Below are positions 25,478-38,812 of a stretch of DNA of 64,000 nt, in pieces (within the stretch, counting starts at the first letter, position 1; the number at the start of each line of letters is the position of its first letter). The DNA lies in NCBI GenBank assembly GCA_030264375.1, contig JASCQW010000105.1:36966283-37030282 (forward strand), in the 5' to 3' direction. The notes below the pieces were generated by a model. It had not been told where the DNA came from and made no database searches. It worked only from the letters and a program-made list of their open reading frames with translations. Both the position numbers and the translations under genes were made by a program. Source of the DNA: Carcharhinus longimanus (Eukaryota).

Positions 25478-27441
25478 CCTTGTTCTTTTTGTATGCATAC
25501 TTCCGAAGATGCTGAACTAGCAATGTAGTTAGTATTCCAAGACCTTTGCAATATTTTTTCATCTGAATGTATCAATGACTGAAGCAAATTCAAACGAAAT
25601 TAGATGTAAAGCAAACCTTTCATTTGCACATCCAGAAACATTGGTAAGTTTAGCCCCTCAAAACAAATTATTTTGTGTTGGATGGGAAGTAAATATATTA
25701 ATTTGAAACAGCAACCCAATCATCCCACTTTCACAGAGGCAAGACGAGGACAGCGACCAGCCTGCTCTCAGGAGGTAGGTCAGTTAAGGAGACTGTATGT
25801 CTTCATTTTAACCCTTGAAACTTCGCAAATAAAAGGAGACCAGGTGGGCTGGATGTACAGAAGTGCTTGCAGGCCAGGAGGACCAACAATGATTTCTCTT
25901 GGCCCAACAAGCTTATCCTGTAAACGTTCCCCCCATCGTTGTCAATCCCCAGATCTTCCCTGACCTGTCCCTAATCTGTCAGCATTTCTGACCATCTGCA
26001 TCCTCACTCCTTGATTACCCAGATCCCAACCACTCTAGCTTCATATTCCACCATCAATGGCCCCCAGCATCACTACTTGCTCCATGGTTAAAGCTTATCC
26101 CAGAGTTCCCTTGCCCACAGTTGTTAAGCCTATTCACAAGCTGGCTTTTTGGGTGATGAACCAGAAGAGAGAGGCCCCAGAATGTCAGCGTTACCTGTAC
26201 TTAATGTTTCTGGACCATAATTCTCTCCCACCTCTGACCCGAACTTCCATCCCAGTAAGTATTGGGTCCATTGAGTCATTCACCTAAAAGTACAATTTAT
26301 TTGATATTCATGGAGGCTTGTGTTTTTAATCATAACTAGCAACTTAATGCTTGGGTAAATATAATTCTTCAATAATGGCAACAGCTCCTGGTTCTTTTCC
26401 CCCTCTCCCCCCTTCCTGAAACATATGTTATAAAACACAACTAGTGTTTCAATCTCCCCTTCTTGCCTTCTGTTCCCTTCTTCCTGCAAGAGAGACTATT
26501 TTAAGGTAATTAGCAAAAGAGTCAAGAGGAGATTGGGATGAAATACACAGGCACAAAAGGCCAAATGGTGGCTTCTTGTCATTTCATGATTCTATGTTGC
26601 GAGCTGTAGGGAAAAAGCTTTTTGGGAATAATATCCATATCCATTACATTAGGAGAGTTTAATTTCCAGAGCAAATGCAGACATGGTAGCTAATACTGTT
26701 AACAGTGCCAGGAGCCTGACCATGTAGGAATGAATTCTTATTCCTTTTAAACTTTCTTATTGAATTAAAGCATTTCATCTATTTTCTAACTGTGCGAAAG
26801 GACTGCCAGTTTGTTGCTTCGTTGTAGCAGCAAGTGATTAAAGAAACCTGCTTTAGCTTTGAAAGGCCACACCAAACATTGAAATTTAATTTTACATTTA
26901 GAAATCTGACTTCAGATGATTATGGTATTTCTGCCAGTACCATGTATAGTAAGATCATTGACAACAGCAATTATAATCTTGGATTTGTTTATCAGTCCTG
27001 GGTAAATACTTGTGCAGTGTTTCCAGGAACTTAGCACTTTGGTATGCAACAAATATTTCAGTGAATAATTAAACTCAACTGATACATTATTTGCATCAGC
27101 ACAGCATATACATCAATATGTTTCTGTATTAGAGTGCTTTACTTAGTTATTTTCCTTATGCGCAAGAGAATTCTATTCAGAAACCTGGACAAATCAAAGC
27201 CTGGATTCACAAATAGATTTTTTAAAAATCAGCTAGCCGTTAAATTTCAATGATTGTTTAAGTATTTGTACCTTTTACAGATTTGTTTTTTTCCTTTTAT
27301 AAATACTTTTCAGAGTGTGACTGAAATTTATAACTGTAATTCCGCAAGTATGTTTGCAAAGAGAATTTTAATGCTCAATGTTCAAATTGTTAAATCCATT
27401 CATTAATTTAATCATAGATTGATCTGGTGGGTTTTTTCTGA

Positions 27442-27648
<207 letters not shown>

Positions 27649-27777
27649 TAAGCATAGCATTTGTCATTCATCAGCAATTGTATTGGCAGTTTACTGATGT
27701 TTACGCTCATCGTTTTGTTTACCTTCTAATTGTTGTATGTCCCAAAAATGGCAACCACACAAGTATTTTCAATGGTT

Positions 27778-27890
27778 AAAGCAAAATACTGTGGGCGTTG
27801 GAATTTGAAATAAAAACAGAAAATGCTGAAAACTCTCAGCAGGTCTGACAGCATCTGTGGAGAGGGAATAGAGCCAATGTTTTGAGTCTA
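27778..27890 (+). mobile_element. Penelope-associated repeat half
   Basis: aaaacagaaaatgctgaaaactctcagcaggtctgacagcatctgtggagag, a common elasmobranch repeat. Confidence 0.5.
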
Positions 27891-28422
27891 GACTTGTAGT
27901 TGTTGTTATCTTAAAATGCAATTAAAAATATTTTTATGCAAAAATAATAAATTTAGGTATTTTAAAAGAACCCGAACTGAAATCTACTCCTGTTTTTCAA
28001 ATATACCTAAGTGGAAATAGCTTGTTAATAGCTTGAATAGTTGGCATGTGTTTTAGGTTCATCTGTTCTTCTTGTTCAGTTGCTGAAGCAAGTATTTATT
28101 TTAAAGTAGTAAATGTCCACCTACTTAATTTTGGGATTTTGATTGTTTTCTCATAGCAGTAGCCAGAACCTTTGGGATATCAGCGTGATGTAGTATTTTG
28201 AGAGTCTTGAACTTTATTGTGCATTTGATATTCTTTGGCATATGACTAACGTTTTGAGACTTTCTACTGCTGTTGATTCATGAGTAAAATTTGTGAGAAA
28301 CAGAGTACAGCAAATTGGGAAACTGCAGAATAATTATCCCAGTGAGTGTTGGGTTCTCCTTACAGTAGTCTGAATATTAGTTTGTTGGTCTGTTTTGACA
28401 GCTCATTTTATTAAAATGCTAG

Positions 28423-28538
28423 GAACAGTTCAGCTTCAACTTCAAGGGGAACTGGAATTCAAAGCAAGCAAAGTAATCGGGAAGAATCGCAGCAAGTACA
28501 AAGGCCGGCGGAGCCTTCAGAAGAAATATTTAATTCAA
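28423..28538 (+). CDS. DCAF6: DCAF6 coding exon (116 nt, phase 2->1): NSSASTSRGTGIQSKQSNREESQQVQRPAEPSEEIFNS
   Basis: atgctag acceptor, A|GTAAG donor. Completes the split Trp codon, phases fit both neighbours, and it resembles recalled human WSSIASSSRGIG...EES. Confidence 0.88.
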
Positions 28539-29340
28539 GTAAGATTTGCTGCTCTATGAACTTTCTGTTTCAATGTTTGGAATGTATGGAAAAGAGAAAA
28601 ACTGAAATCTTGTTAGTTAAAATAAATCTTCAGATAAAGAAAAATAAATCCTTTTTGAGTGAACTTTTTTGAGTAGCTTAATGCTAATTCACTATGCAGA
28701 TTTTCTATAATAAGAAACCCAGATGGGTAATGGGTCATATATAGCAAGTCAGTCAGAATCTGCATGTGTATAAATGGACACCATAAAATCCTAGGGGGTG
28801 AGACTGGATGATGCAGTACTTGAAGTTTGGGCATTACTGACATTATTGGTTGCTTGTGAACACTTCCACTATGCATCACATCAGAGACCTGACTGATGCA
28901 TGTGCAACTAACATCCACTGAAGACATTTGTTGCTGCCATTTTAGAGCTTTGCACACCAAACAATTTCCTCTCAACAGCAAGGTTAAGCACAATAAAGGA
29001 CTACCACACCACCACCAGTACTTTTCTTGCCGACGGTACAATTCTACAACTTCAATTAGTAGAATTCTATGGGGATTAAAGTACTTTTAACTGTCTTTAA
29101 GGCTTCTGCCCAACACAGTTGTTCCCAGACATGGGTGGTCTATTTGGGGTTCATTTTGACATTCAGCATGACAGAGAGCGCAGAGACCATGCAGGACAGG
29201 ACCAGAAAAGCATAGGGAATAAAGGGCTCTTTATAGAGGTCTGTAGACTAGCTATGTTTGGAAAATGTTTGCAGAAGTGTTATAACAGTCTGGGTGCTTC
29301 TTTGCACATTGAGCCACGATGTCAACTGGCTGAACTTACA

Positions 29341-30070
29341 TGATGTATCAGAAATTGGCTAGCTATAAGAAGACAGACGGTTATGGTTGATGGGAAATGT
29401 TCATCCTGGAGTTCAGTTACTAGTGGTGTACCACAAGGNNNNNNNNNNNNNNNNNNNNNNNNNNNNNNNNNNNNNNNNNNNNNNNNNNNNNNNNNNNNNN
29501 NNNNNNNNNNNNNNNNNNNNNNNNNNNNNNNNNNNNNNNNNNNNNNNNNNNNNNNNNNNNNNNNNNNNNNNNNNNNNNNNNNNNNNNNNNNNNNNNNNNN
29601 NNNNNNNNNNNNNNNNNNNNNNNNNNNNNNNNNNNNNNNNNNNNNNNNNNNNNNNNNNNNNNNNNNNNNNNNNNNNNNNNNNNNNNNNNNNNNNNNNNNN
29701 NNNNNNNNNNNNNNNNNNNNNNNNNNNNNNNNNNNNNNNNNNNNNNNNNNNNNNNNNNNNNNNNNNNNNNNNNNNNNNNNNNNNNNNNNNNNNNNNNNNN
29801 TGGCTAGCACGAGGGGACATAGCTTTAAATTGAGGGGTGATAGATATAGGACAGATGTCAGAGGTAGGTTCTTTACTTAGAGTAGTAAGGGCGTGGAATG
29901 CCCTGCCTGCAACAGTAGTGGACTCGACAACGTTAAGGGCATTTAAATGGCCATTGGACAAACGTATGGATGAGATTGGAATAGTGTAGGTTAGATAGAC
30001 TTTAGATTGGTTTCACTGGTTGGTGCAACATCAAGGGCTGAAGAGCCTGTACTGCCCTGTTATGTTCTAT
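29341..30070 (+). mobile_element. CR1 LINE 3' portion spanning an N gap
   Basis: WSSVTSGVPQG before the gap; TRGHSFKLRGDRYRTDVRGRFFT and a tatgttctat tail after it. Confidence 0.85.
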
Positions 30071-30318
30071 GGTAGTGTGCTAAGATTGCATAACAGCACA
30101 CTGAGCTTCTTTCCATTGCTACAGTGGGTGGATGTTAATTGTGCTGCAGTGGAAGCTGAGATATTTGCATCATGAGATGCTGCATAATGGGAGGTTCCAC
30201 TAATGTAGCCATGCTGAAAAGGATAGCTCTAAACAATGCACTAAGTTCTGGGCCACATTGGTGCTGGATTCCATGTTCAATGCAACTGAACACAGGTTTC
30301 CTGGCAAGATTCTAATGC

Positions 30319-30500
30319 AGTAAGAAGTCTCACAACACCAGGTTTAAGTCCAACCAGTTCATTTGATAGTAAACCCACAAGCTTTTGAAAATGCTGTTCC
30401 TTCATCACGTGTGTGGAAAGTTTTGATCAGAGAAGGATGTATAAAGGTACACACAGTTTACAGAATACTGATTAGAATGCGAGTCTTTACAGCTAACCAT
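30319..30500 (-). mobile_element. Penelope-like terminal repeat fragment
   Basis: cagtaagaagtctcacaacaccaggtttaagtccaac...gctgttccttcatcacgtg; the minus strand has a degenerate hammerhead-like core. Confidence 0.5.
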
Positions 30501-30807
30501 CCACCCTCTTCCTCATTCATGCTCTGGCCTGCATCTTTGAGGACTTACTTTCCAAGATTTCAGTTTGTGTCAAATCAGCAAGTATACCTGCCCATCTTAG
30601 ATGCCTTTTGGAGTTCTAAGGGTACAATTTTGATAGGTAATTCAACCATAGATTAGTGGAAAAAAGGAGATGCCTTCTGATCCTTATGGTGCAATCAAAA
30701 ATTTCGTATTAAACTTCAGATTAGTTCATTTGTGAATTGACCCTATGAACTTGAGTCTTGTCAATGACATTTGATTTGTTACTTTGCGTTTCCTTTTTTT
30801 TAAACAG

Positions 30808-31183
30808 ATGTTTCAGCAGCTGAATTATCTGAACAATTAGGTAAACGGGTTTGCAAAGTGAGACATGTGGAGGTAGATGAAACCAATAGAGAAGAAAGGA
30901 CAACACAAGAGGGCACGGACAAGTTAATAGATTCTAGCTGCCAGTCAGCCTCATCTGGGTCAGATGGGGGAAGCTTACAGCAGCAAGAAGAAACAACCTG
31001 CCAAAGTTCAGAACATAATGAGAACTGTAATAGAATGACTGAACCCACACAGCAATCAGAATCAACAAGGTTGAGTAATCAGGATGAACCTTCTAGAATA
31101 TCTGCCAGTCGGGAAACTGATGACAGTGATGATGATCCTATTTTAGTTCCATCTTCAAGGTTTAGATCAGCACCAGGACACAG
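30808..31183 (+). CDS. DCAF6: DCAF6 coding exon (376 nt, phase 1->2), acidic linker ending ETDDSDDDPILVPSSRFRSAPGH(R)
   Basis: tccttttttttaaacag acceptor, AG|GTAAG donor. Open frame with the conserved TDDSDDDP.L.P motif. Confidence 0.93.
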
Positions 31184-31439
31184 GTAAGATATGTGCTACT
31201 TTAAACCAGTTACTAACATGATCATCCTGCTGAATTGTTTACTTAAAGCAATAATTTGGATCAACTTTAATACAATTCAGAAATGGTTTTTAATTGAGAT
31301 AAATAAGCAAAATTTAAAATGCCATCCCTTATAGTTTTCATTGGTATGAGTCAAGATTGTCTGTGTTGAAATCAGATTGCTAAAAGTGCCATTTTGACTG
31401 CAACAGCATTGCTTGCAAATTTGCATTACCAAACAATCG

Positions 31440-32500
31440 TAACAGCACAGAATGAGGTCATTTGGCTCACCGTGAACATGCCAGCCCTCTGCAAGAGCAA
31501 CCTGGCTCATCCAACTTCCCTGCTTCGTTGTCCTTTTATTTTCTCTTTGGATAATGATCCAATACTCTCTTGAAAGTCATGATTTGAATCTACCTCCACT
31601 CTCTTAAATAGATCCTAACCACTTGTAATGTAAAGAAGATTTTCCTCATGTCGCCTTTGGTTCTTTGCGATTCATCTTAAATTGGTGTCCTCAGGTTCTT
31701 GACCCTTCCACTAAAGGCAAAGTTTTCTTCCTAACTGTTCTTTCTAGACCCCTCATGATTTTGAACATCTCTGAACTTTCTCTTCTTGGAGGAGAAAATC
31801 TGCAATTTCTCTAGTCTATACTCCAGTCCCGCATCCCTGAAACCATTCTTGCAAATCTTTTCTGCACCCTCTTTAATGCCTTCACAGTGGTGCACAGAAT
31901 TGGACACAATACTCCATTTGAGGCCAAACCAGTTTTATAAAAGGGTCATCACCTTGTTTTTGTAGTCTAAGCTTCTCTTTATAAAGCCCAGGATTCCAAC
32001 AGAGATTTTTTCAACCTGCCACCTCAACTATGACAATTTTTGCACTTGTACCCCTGTCCTTGGGCCTCCATTAGAATTGTATTATTTATTATATATTGTC
32101 TTTGCTCATTCTTCCTACCAAATTATATCACTTCTTTGTATTAAATGTCATCTGGCAAGTGTCTGCCATTTCCACTAACCTGTACATGTCCCCTTGAAGA
32201 CTATCTCTATCGTTCTCACGATCCACAATACTTCAAAATTTTGTGTCATCTGCAAATTTTAAAATTGTGCCAAGCATACTCAACTCTAGATCATTATTAT
32301 GGATCAAGAAAAGCAATGGTCCTTAACAAACCCCACTATATACTTTCCTCTAGTCTAAGAAACAACCGTTCACCACCACTGTTCCCTGCCATGCTGCCAG
32401 CTATACATATCCATGCTGCCACTGTTCCTTTAATCCCATGGACTTTAACTTTGCTGACAAATTTGTTGCACGGTGTTTTATCAAACAGCTTTTTGGAAAT
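31440..32500 (-). mobile_element. CR1 LINE 3' portion (old)
   Basis: Antisense RT C-terminus (LEYCVQFCAP, KFADDTK, DFQKAFDK-like). Confidence 0.7.
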
Positions 32501-32934
32501 TCATATACAGTTGACTCCTGCCATTGTGGGTGTTTCCATTCTTGTAAAATTCACATAGGGTGAAATCATGAAAGGTGAACTTGTGTGCCCGCACCTTTTT
32601 GGGAAAGGTGAGAGTTGAGAGTGAGGTTTTGGGGCCAGCTGTGAACTGTGATTTGGTGTACCTACACATTTACATGGATAAACAAGTTTGCGATAGAGGG
32701 GTCACAAATCAAGTGAGTTGACCGTACATCAACCTCATTATCCTTGTCAAATCTCTGTTATGTCATCAAAAATCTCAAAGTCAGTTAAACACAATTTGCT
32801 ACTAAAAAATCCATACTGGCCTCCCTTAATTAATCCATATTTCTCCAAGTGACTGGTAATTTACTCCCAAATTATAGTTTCTAAGTTTCCCCACCACTGA
32901 GGTTAAACTTCTAGGTCTGTAGTTGCTGGCTTAT

Positions 32935-35900
32935 CAAAGAACAAAGAAACTTACAGTGCAGGAACAGGCCCTTCGGCCCTCCAAGCATGCAACGTCCATG
33001 CTGCCCATCTGAACTAAAAACTCCCCTATTCTTCCAGGGGCCGTATCCCTTTATTCCCATCCTATTCACGTATTTGTCCAGATGCCCCTTAAAAGTCACT
33101 ATCATATCTACATCCACTACCTCCCCTGGCTGCGAGCTCCAGGCACCCACCACTCCCTGTGTAAAAAAAAAACTTGCTTTGTAAATCTCCTTTATACCTT
33201 GCCCCTTGCACTTTAAACTTATGCCCCCTAATAATTGACTCTTCCACCTGGGAAAAAGCTTCCGACTCTGCCCATGCCCCTTATAATCTTGTAGACATCT
33301 ATCAGGTCACCCCTCAACTTCCGTCGTGAGAACAAACCAAGTTTCTCCAACCTCTCCTCATAGCTAATGCCCTCCATACCAGGCAGCATCCTGGAAAATA
33401 TTTTCTGTACTCTCTCCAGAGCCTCCACATCCTGCTGGCAGTGTGGTGACCAGAATTGAACATTATATTCCAAGTGCGAGCTAACTGAGGTTCTATAAAG
33501 CTGCAACATGACTTGCCAATTTTTAAATTCAGTACCCTGGCCGATAAAGGTAAGAATGCCTTATGTCTTCTTCACTACCTCCTCCACCTGCGATGCCAAT
33601 TTCAGTGACCTGTGTACCTATACATCCAGATCCCTTTGCCTATCAATACTCTTAAGGGGTCTGCCATTTTCTGTATGTTTCCCATCTGTATTAGACCTTC
33701 CAAAATGCATTACCTCACATTTGTCCAGGTTAAACTCCATCTGCCATTGTACCAATTTGCTATGAGGATCCTTGTCAAAGGCTTTACTGAAGTCAATGGA
33801 GACAACATCCACTGCTGTACCCTCATCAATCATCTTTGTCACTTGCTCGAAAAACTCGATTAAGTTGGTGAGACATGACCTCCCCTTCACAAAACCATGT
33901 TACCCCTTGCTAATATGTTGACATTTCCAAGTGGAAGTAAATCCTGTCTTGAAGAATCCTCTCTAATAATTTCCCTACCACTGACATAAGGCTCACTGGC
34001 CTGTAATTACCTATGTTATTCTTACTACCCTCCTTAAACAAAGGAACAACATTGGCTATTCTCCAATCTTCTGGGACTTCCCCTGTCACCAGTGAGGNNN
34101 NNNNNNNNNNNNNNNNNNNNNNNNNNNNNNNNNNNNNNNNNNNNNNNNNNNNNNNNNNNNNNNNNNNNNNNNNNNNNNNNNNNNNNNNNNNNNNNNNCTG
34201 GATTATTCTTGCTACCCTTCTTAAACAAAGGAACAACATTGGCTATTCTCCAATCCTCTGGAACCTCCCCTGTAACCAGTGAGGATACAAAGATTTCTGT
34301 CAAAGCCCCAGCAATTTCCTCCCTTGCCTCTCTCAGTATTTTGGGGTATATCCCATCAGGCTCTGGGATCTTGTCGACCTTAATGTTTCTCAAGAACCCC
34401 AATACACCTTTTTGATTTCAACATGACTCAAACTATCTACACACTGTTTCCCAGACTCATTATCCACCAAGTCCTTCTCTTTGGTGAATATTGATGCAAA
34501 GTACTTATTTAATATCTCGACCATCTCCTCTGGCTCCATGCACAGGTACCCTCCCCTGTCCCTGAGTGGGCCAAACTTCTCCCTGGCTACCCTCTTATAT
34601 ATACATATAAGAGACATATATATGAGGGTAGTCAGGAAGAAGATATATATATATAAAACCTTGAGATTTTCCTGAATCATGCTGGCCAATGATTTTTCAT
34701 GGCCCTTTTTAGCTCCCCTTATTCCTTCCTTAAGTTTCTTTCTACTTTCCTTGTATTCTGCACTTGCTTCGTGTGTTCCCAGTCTCCTATCCTTGACAAA
34801 TTCTTCCTTTTTCTCTTTGACTAGGTTCACAATCTCTCATTTTCCAAGGTTCCCAAAACTTGCCATACTTACCCTTCATCCTTACTGAAATATGCCAGTC
34901 CTGAATCCCTATCAACTTACACTTGAAAGCCTCCCACATGCTAGATGTTGATTTGCCCTCAATCTACATTCTTCAATTCCTGTCAATATTGTTGTAGTTA
35001 GCTTTCGCCCCATTTAGCACCTTAACTTGAGGACTGCACTTATCTTTATCCATCAGTACCTTACAGCTTACTGAACTGTGGTCACTGTTCCCAAGCTGCT
35101 CCCCTCCTGAACATCGACCATGTGGCCAGGCTCATTCCTCAGTACCAGGTCCAGTATGGCCCCTTCCCTAGTTGGACTATCTATATACTGTTTCAAGAAG
35201 CCCTCCTGGATGCTCCTTACAAACTCTGCCCCGTCCACGTCCCTAGCACTAAGTGGGTCCCAGTCAATATAGTGGAAGGTAAAATCACCCACCACAACAA
35301 TCCTGTTACTTTTACACCTTGCCAAAATCTACATACATATCTATTCATCTGTTTCCCAGTGGCTGTTGGGAGGCCTATAGTAAACTCCTAACATTATGAC
35401 TATACCCTTTCTATTCTGGAGCTCTACCCATATTGCCTCACTGTATGAACCCTCTGAGGTGTCCTCCCTCAGTACAGCTGTGATATTCTCCAGTAGTGTA
35501 ACTCCCCCACCCCTTTTACATCCCCCTCTATCTCACCTGAAACATCTGTGTCCTGGAATGTCAAGCTGCCAATCCTGTCCTTCCCTTAACAAGTCTCTAT
35601 AATGGCAACAACAACATAGTTCCAAGTACTAATGCAAGCTGTAAATTCACCTGCGTTACCTGTTACACTTCTCACATTGAAATAAATGCACTTCAGTCGA
35701 CCACACCCTTTTTGATCAGCAACCACATGCTGCCTGCTCTTCCACTCAGTCTTATTGGTCCTACTGTCTAATTCTCTTTCAGTTAATTCACCTCTGCTTT
35801 GGTTCTCACCCCTTGCCAAACTAGGTTAAATCTCCCATGTGACACTAGCAAACATCCCAGCCAGAATATTAATGCCCCTCCTGTTTAGGTGTAACGCTTC

Positions 35901-36725
35901 CTTCTTGTAAAGGTTCCACCTGTCCCAGAAGAGATCCCAATGCTACAGATATCTGAAACCCTCCCTCCTACGCCAACTGTTTAGCTAAGTGTTGAGGTGT
36001 ACTATCTTCCTATTTCCAGCCTCACGTGGCAGAGGGAGTAATCCTGAGATTACAACCCTAGAGGGCCTGCTTTTTAACTTTCTACCCAACTCCCTAAACC
36101 GTTGCTACATAAGAACATAAGAAATAGCAGCAGGAGTAGGCCATCCATCCCTTCGAGCCTGCCCCGCCATTCAGTAAGATCATGGCTAATCTGAAGTGGA
36201 TCAGTGACTTCATCACTCTTCCTGCCTATGTCATTAGTACCAATAGGTACCACAACCTCTGACTGTTCACCCTCTTCCTTCAGAATGTTTTCTGCCCATT
36301 CAGAGGCATCCTGGATCCTGGTACCATCCTGGAGTCTCTTTCATGTCCACAGAAGTGCCTATCTGCACGCCTTACTATAGAGCCCCTAAAACTATTGCTC
36401 TAGTGCTCTTTGTCCCTCCCTGCTTAACAGGCGAGCCAGCAATGTGCCACTGCTCAGGCTGCTGCTGTTGTTATCCTCCAATAGACCATTTACTCCAACA
36501 GTATCCAAAACGGTATACTTGTTTGGAGGGGGGGGGGGAGGGAGACCACAGGGGATTCCTGCACTAATTACCTGCCCCTTCTAACAGTCACCCATCTATC
36601 TATCTGTACCTTGGGTGTCACCACATCGCTAAAACTCCTGCCTGTGACACTTTTCGCCATCTTCATACTCCTAATTGCATCTAACTGCTGTTCCAACCTA
36701 TCCATGCACAGGTCTGTGAGAAGCT
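32935..36725 (-). mobile_element. Near full-length but disrupted CR1 LINE (ORF1 remnant, endonuclease and RT remnants, 3' UTR tail)
   Basis: From high to low coordinate: ORF1-like region, KCIYFNVRSV, VVGDF..IDW, PTREGAILDLVL, VPEDWRIANVVPLFKKG, GRSCLTNLIEFFE, DFSKAFDK, HLEYNVQFWSP, then a (TTCTTTG)-type tail at about 32935. Confidence 0.88.
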
Positions 36726-37267
36726 GTAATTATTCTTACCAGCCCTAGTATAATTACTACATGGTTTTGCACTTCTTTGCATTGTCCCTGCAAATTTGTT
36801 CTCTATCTTTCCCATTAGTTAGTGACCTATAGAATGTATCCAGTTGTATAATGGCATTGTTTCTTTTCTCTTACCAAATAGAAACTATCCTTGTCTCCTC
36901 TTTTCAGCACTATAATATTCTCCTTAATCAATACTGCCACCCTTCCTCACAACTTTCCTGAACATCTTGTCTCCAGGAATATTTATTACTTAGTCCTGGC
37001 TTTTTTTGGATCCAGGCCTCTCTTAATGCCGCAACATTCTCTACCTATTTGGTTATCGGCACCTGAAAGTAATCAACCCAATTTTAAACACTCCAGCGTT
37101 TGCATGCATATATAGTGAACCTAATTTAAACCTTATTGCATTCTTAATGCCTTACTATTTCTTAATATTTTTCTCCCAATTCTTATACACCTTGTTACAT
37201 CCTGGTCCCCAACCCCGCCAACACGGTTTCAACCCTCCAACGGCATTAGCAAATTACCTGCAAGATG

Positions 37268-37640
37268 ATAAAGAAAATTACAGCACGGGAACAGGCCCTT
37301 CGGCCCTCCAAACCTGCACCGACAATGCTGCCTGACTTAACTAAAACCCCCTATCCTTCTGGGGATCATATCTCTCTATTCCCATCCTATTCATGTATTT
37401 GTCAAGACACCTTTTAAAAGTTTACTACCTTATCCGCTTCCACTACCTCCCCCAGTAACGAGTTCCAGGCACCGACTACTCTCTGTTTAAAACAAAATCT
37501 GCCTCGTACATCCCCTTTAAACCTTGCTGCCTCGCACCTTAAACCTGTGCCCCCTAGTAATTAACTCTTCCATCTGGGAAAAAGCTTCTGACTATCCAAT
37601 CTGCCCATGCTTTTCATAAACTTGTAGACTTCTATTAGAT
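37268..37640 (-). mobile_element. CR1 LINE 3' end (same subfamily as the copy ending at 32935)
   Basis: acaggcccttcggccctcca...cactacctcccc...aaagcttctgactatcc parallels 32960-33300. Confidence 0.8.
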
Positions 37641-37824
37641 CAGATAAATAATTTAAATGCCAATGTCATACAATATGCTATGCAAACAGTCCGTAAAAAA
37701 GATATTTAGTATTTTTATCGATCACAAATTTTCCTAAATCAGTAAAGACTAGTTGCATACCAATTCTAATCCAGGTGAGTTGAAAGGTCACTTTAACATT
37801 TGTTTTTTTCCATTAGTACTAATA

Positions 37825-38152
37825 GGGTGGCATGATAGCACAGTGGTTAACACTGCTGCTTCACAGCTCCAGGGACCTGGGTTTGATTCCCAGCTTGGAT
37901 CGCTGTCTGTGTGAGTTTGCACATTCTCTTCGTGTCTGCATGTGTTTCCTCCAGGTGCTCCGGTTTCCTTCCACAGGCCAAAGATGTACGGGTTAGGTTG
38001 ATTGGCCATGCTAAAATTGCCCCTTAGTGTCCTGAGATTAACTCTCCTGGATGCACCAGGAGATGCGTAGGTTACAGGGATTAGTGGGTAAAATATGTAG
38101 GGATATGGGGGTAGGGCCTGGGTGGGATTGTGGTCGGTGCAGACTCGATGGG
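37825..38152 (+). mobile_element. V-SINE (HE1-like), near full length
   Basis: tRNA head (tagcacagtggttaacactg...gggtttgattccc), V core and a 3' part ending at a gap. Confidence 0.88.
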
Positions 38153-38649
38153 NNNNNNNNNNNNNNNNNNNNNNNNNNNNNNNNNNNNNNNNNNNNNNNN
38201 NNNNNNNNNNNNNNNNNNNNNNNNNNNNNNNNNNNNNNNNNNNNNNNNNNNNNNNNNNNNNNNNNNNNNNNNNNNNNNNNNNNNNNNNNNNNNNNNNNNN
38301 NNNNNNNNNNNNNNNNNNNNNNNNNNNNNNNNNNNNNNNNNNNNNNNNNNNNNNNNNNNNNNNNNNNNNNNNNNNNNNNNNNNNNNNNNNNNNNNNNNNN
38401 NNNNNNNNNNNNNNNNNNNNNNNNNNNNNNNNNNNNNNNNNNNNNNNNNNNNNNNNNNNNNNNNNNNNNNNNNNNNNNNNNNNNNNNNNNNNNNNNNNNN
38501 NNNNNNNNNNNNNNNNNNNNNNNNNNNNNNNNNNNNNNNNNNNNNNNNNNNNNNNNNNNNNNNNNNNNNNNNNNNNNNNNNNNNNNNNNNNNNNNNNNNN
38601 NNNNNNNNNNNNNNNNNNNNNNNNNNNNNNNNNNNNNNNNNNNNNNNNN

Positions 38650-38812
38650 GGAGTCGGACACTTTAGGAACTTTCAAGCAGTTATTGGATAGGCACATGGA
38701 GCACACCAGAATAATAGGGAGTGGGACAGCCTGATCTTGGGTTTAGACGTAGCTCGGCATAACATTGAGGGCCGAAGAGCCTGTACTGTACTGTTCTATT
38801 TTCCATGTTCTA
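38650..38812 (+). mobile_element. CR1 LINE 3' end
   Basis: ESDTLGTFKQLLDRHM followed by gggccgaagagcctgtactgtactgttctat tail. Confidence 0.75.

Noticed and set aside
38038-38734. Long ORFs (150-227 aa) in the ORF track, also around 29322-29961 and 43497-43880
   Set aside because: They are open only because they run through N gaps, and the flanks are SINE/CR1 sequence.
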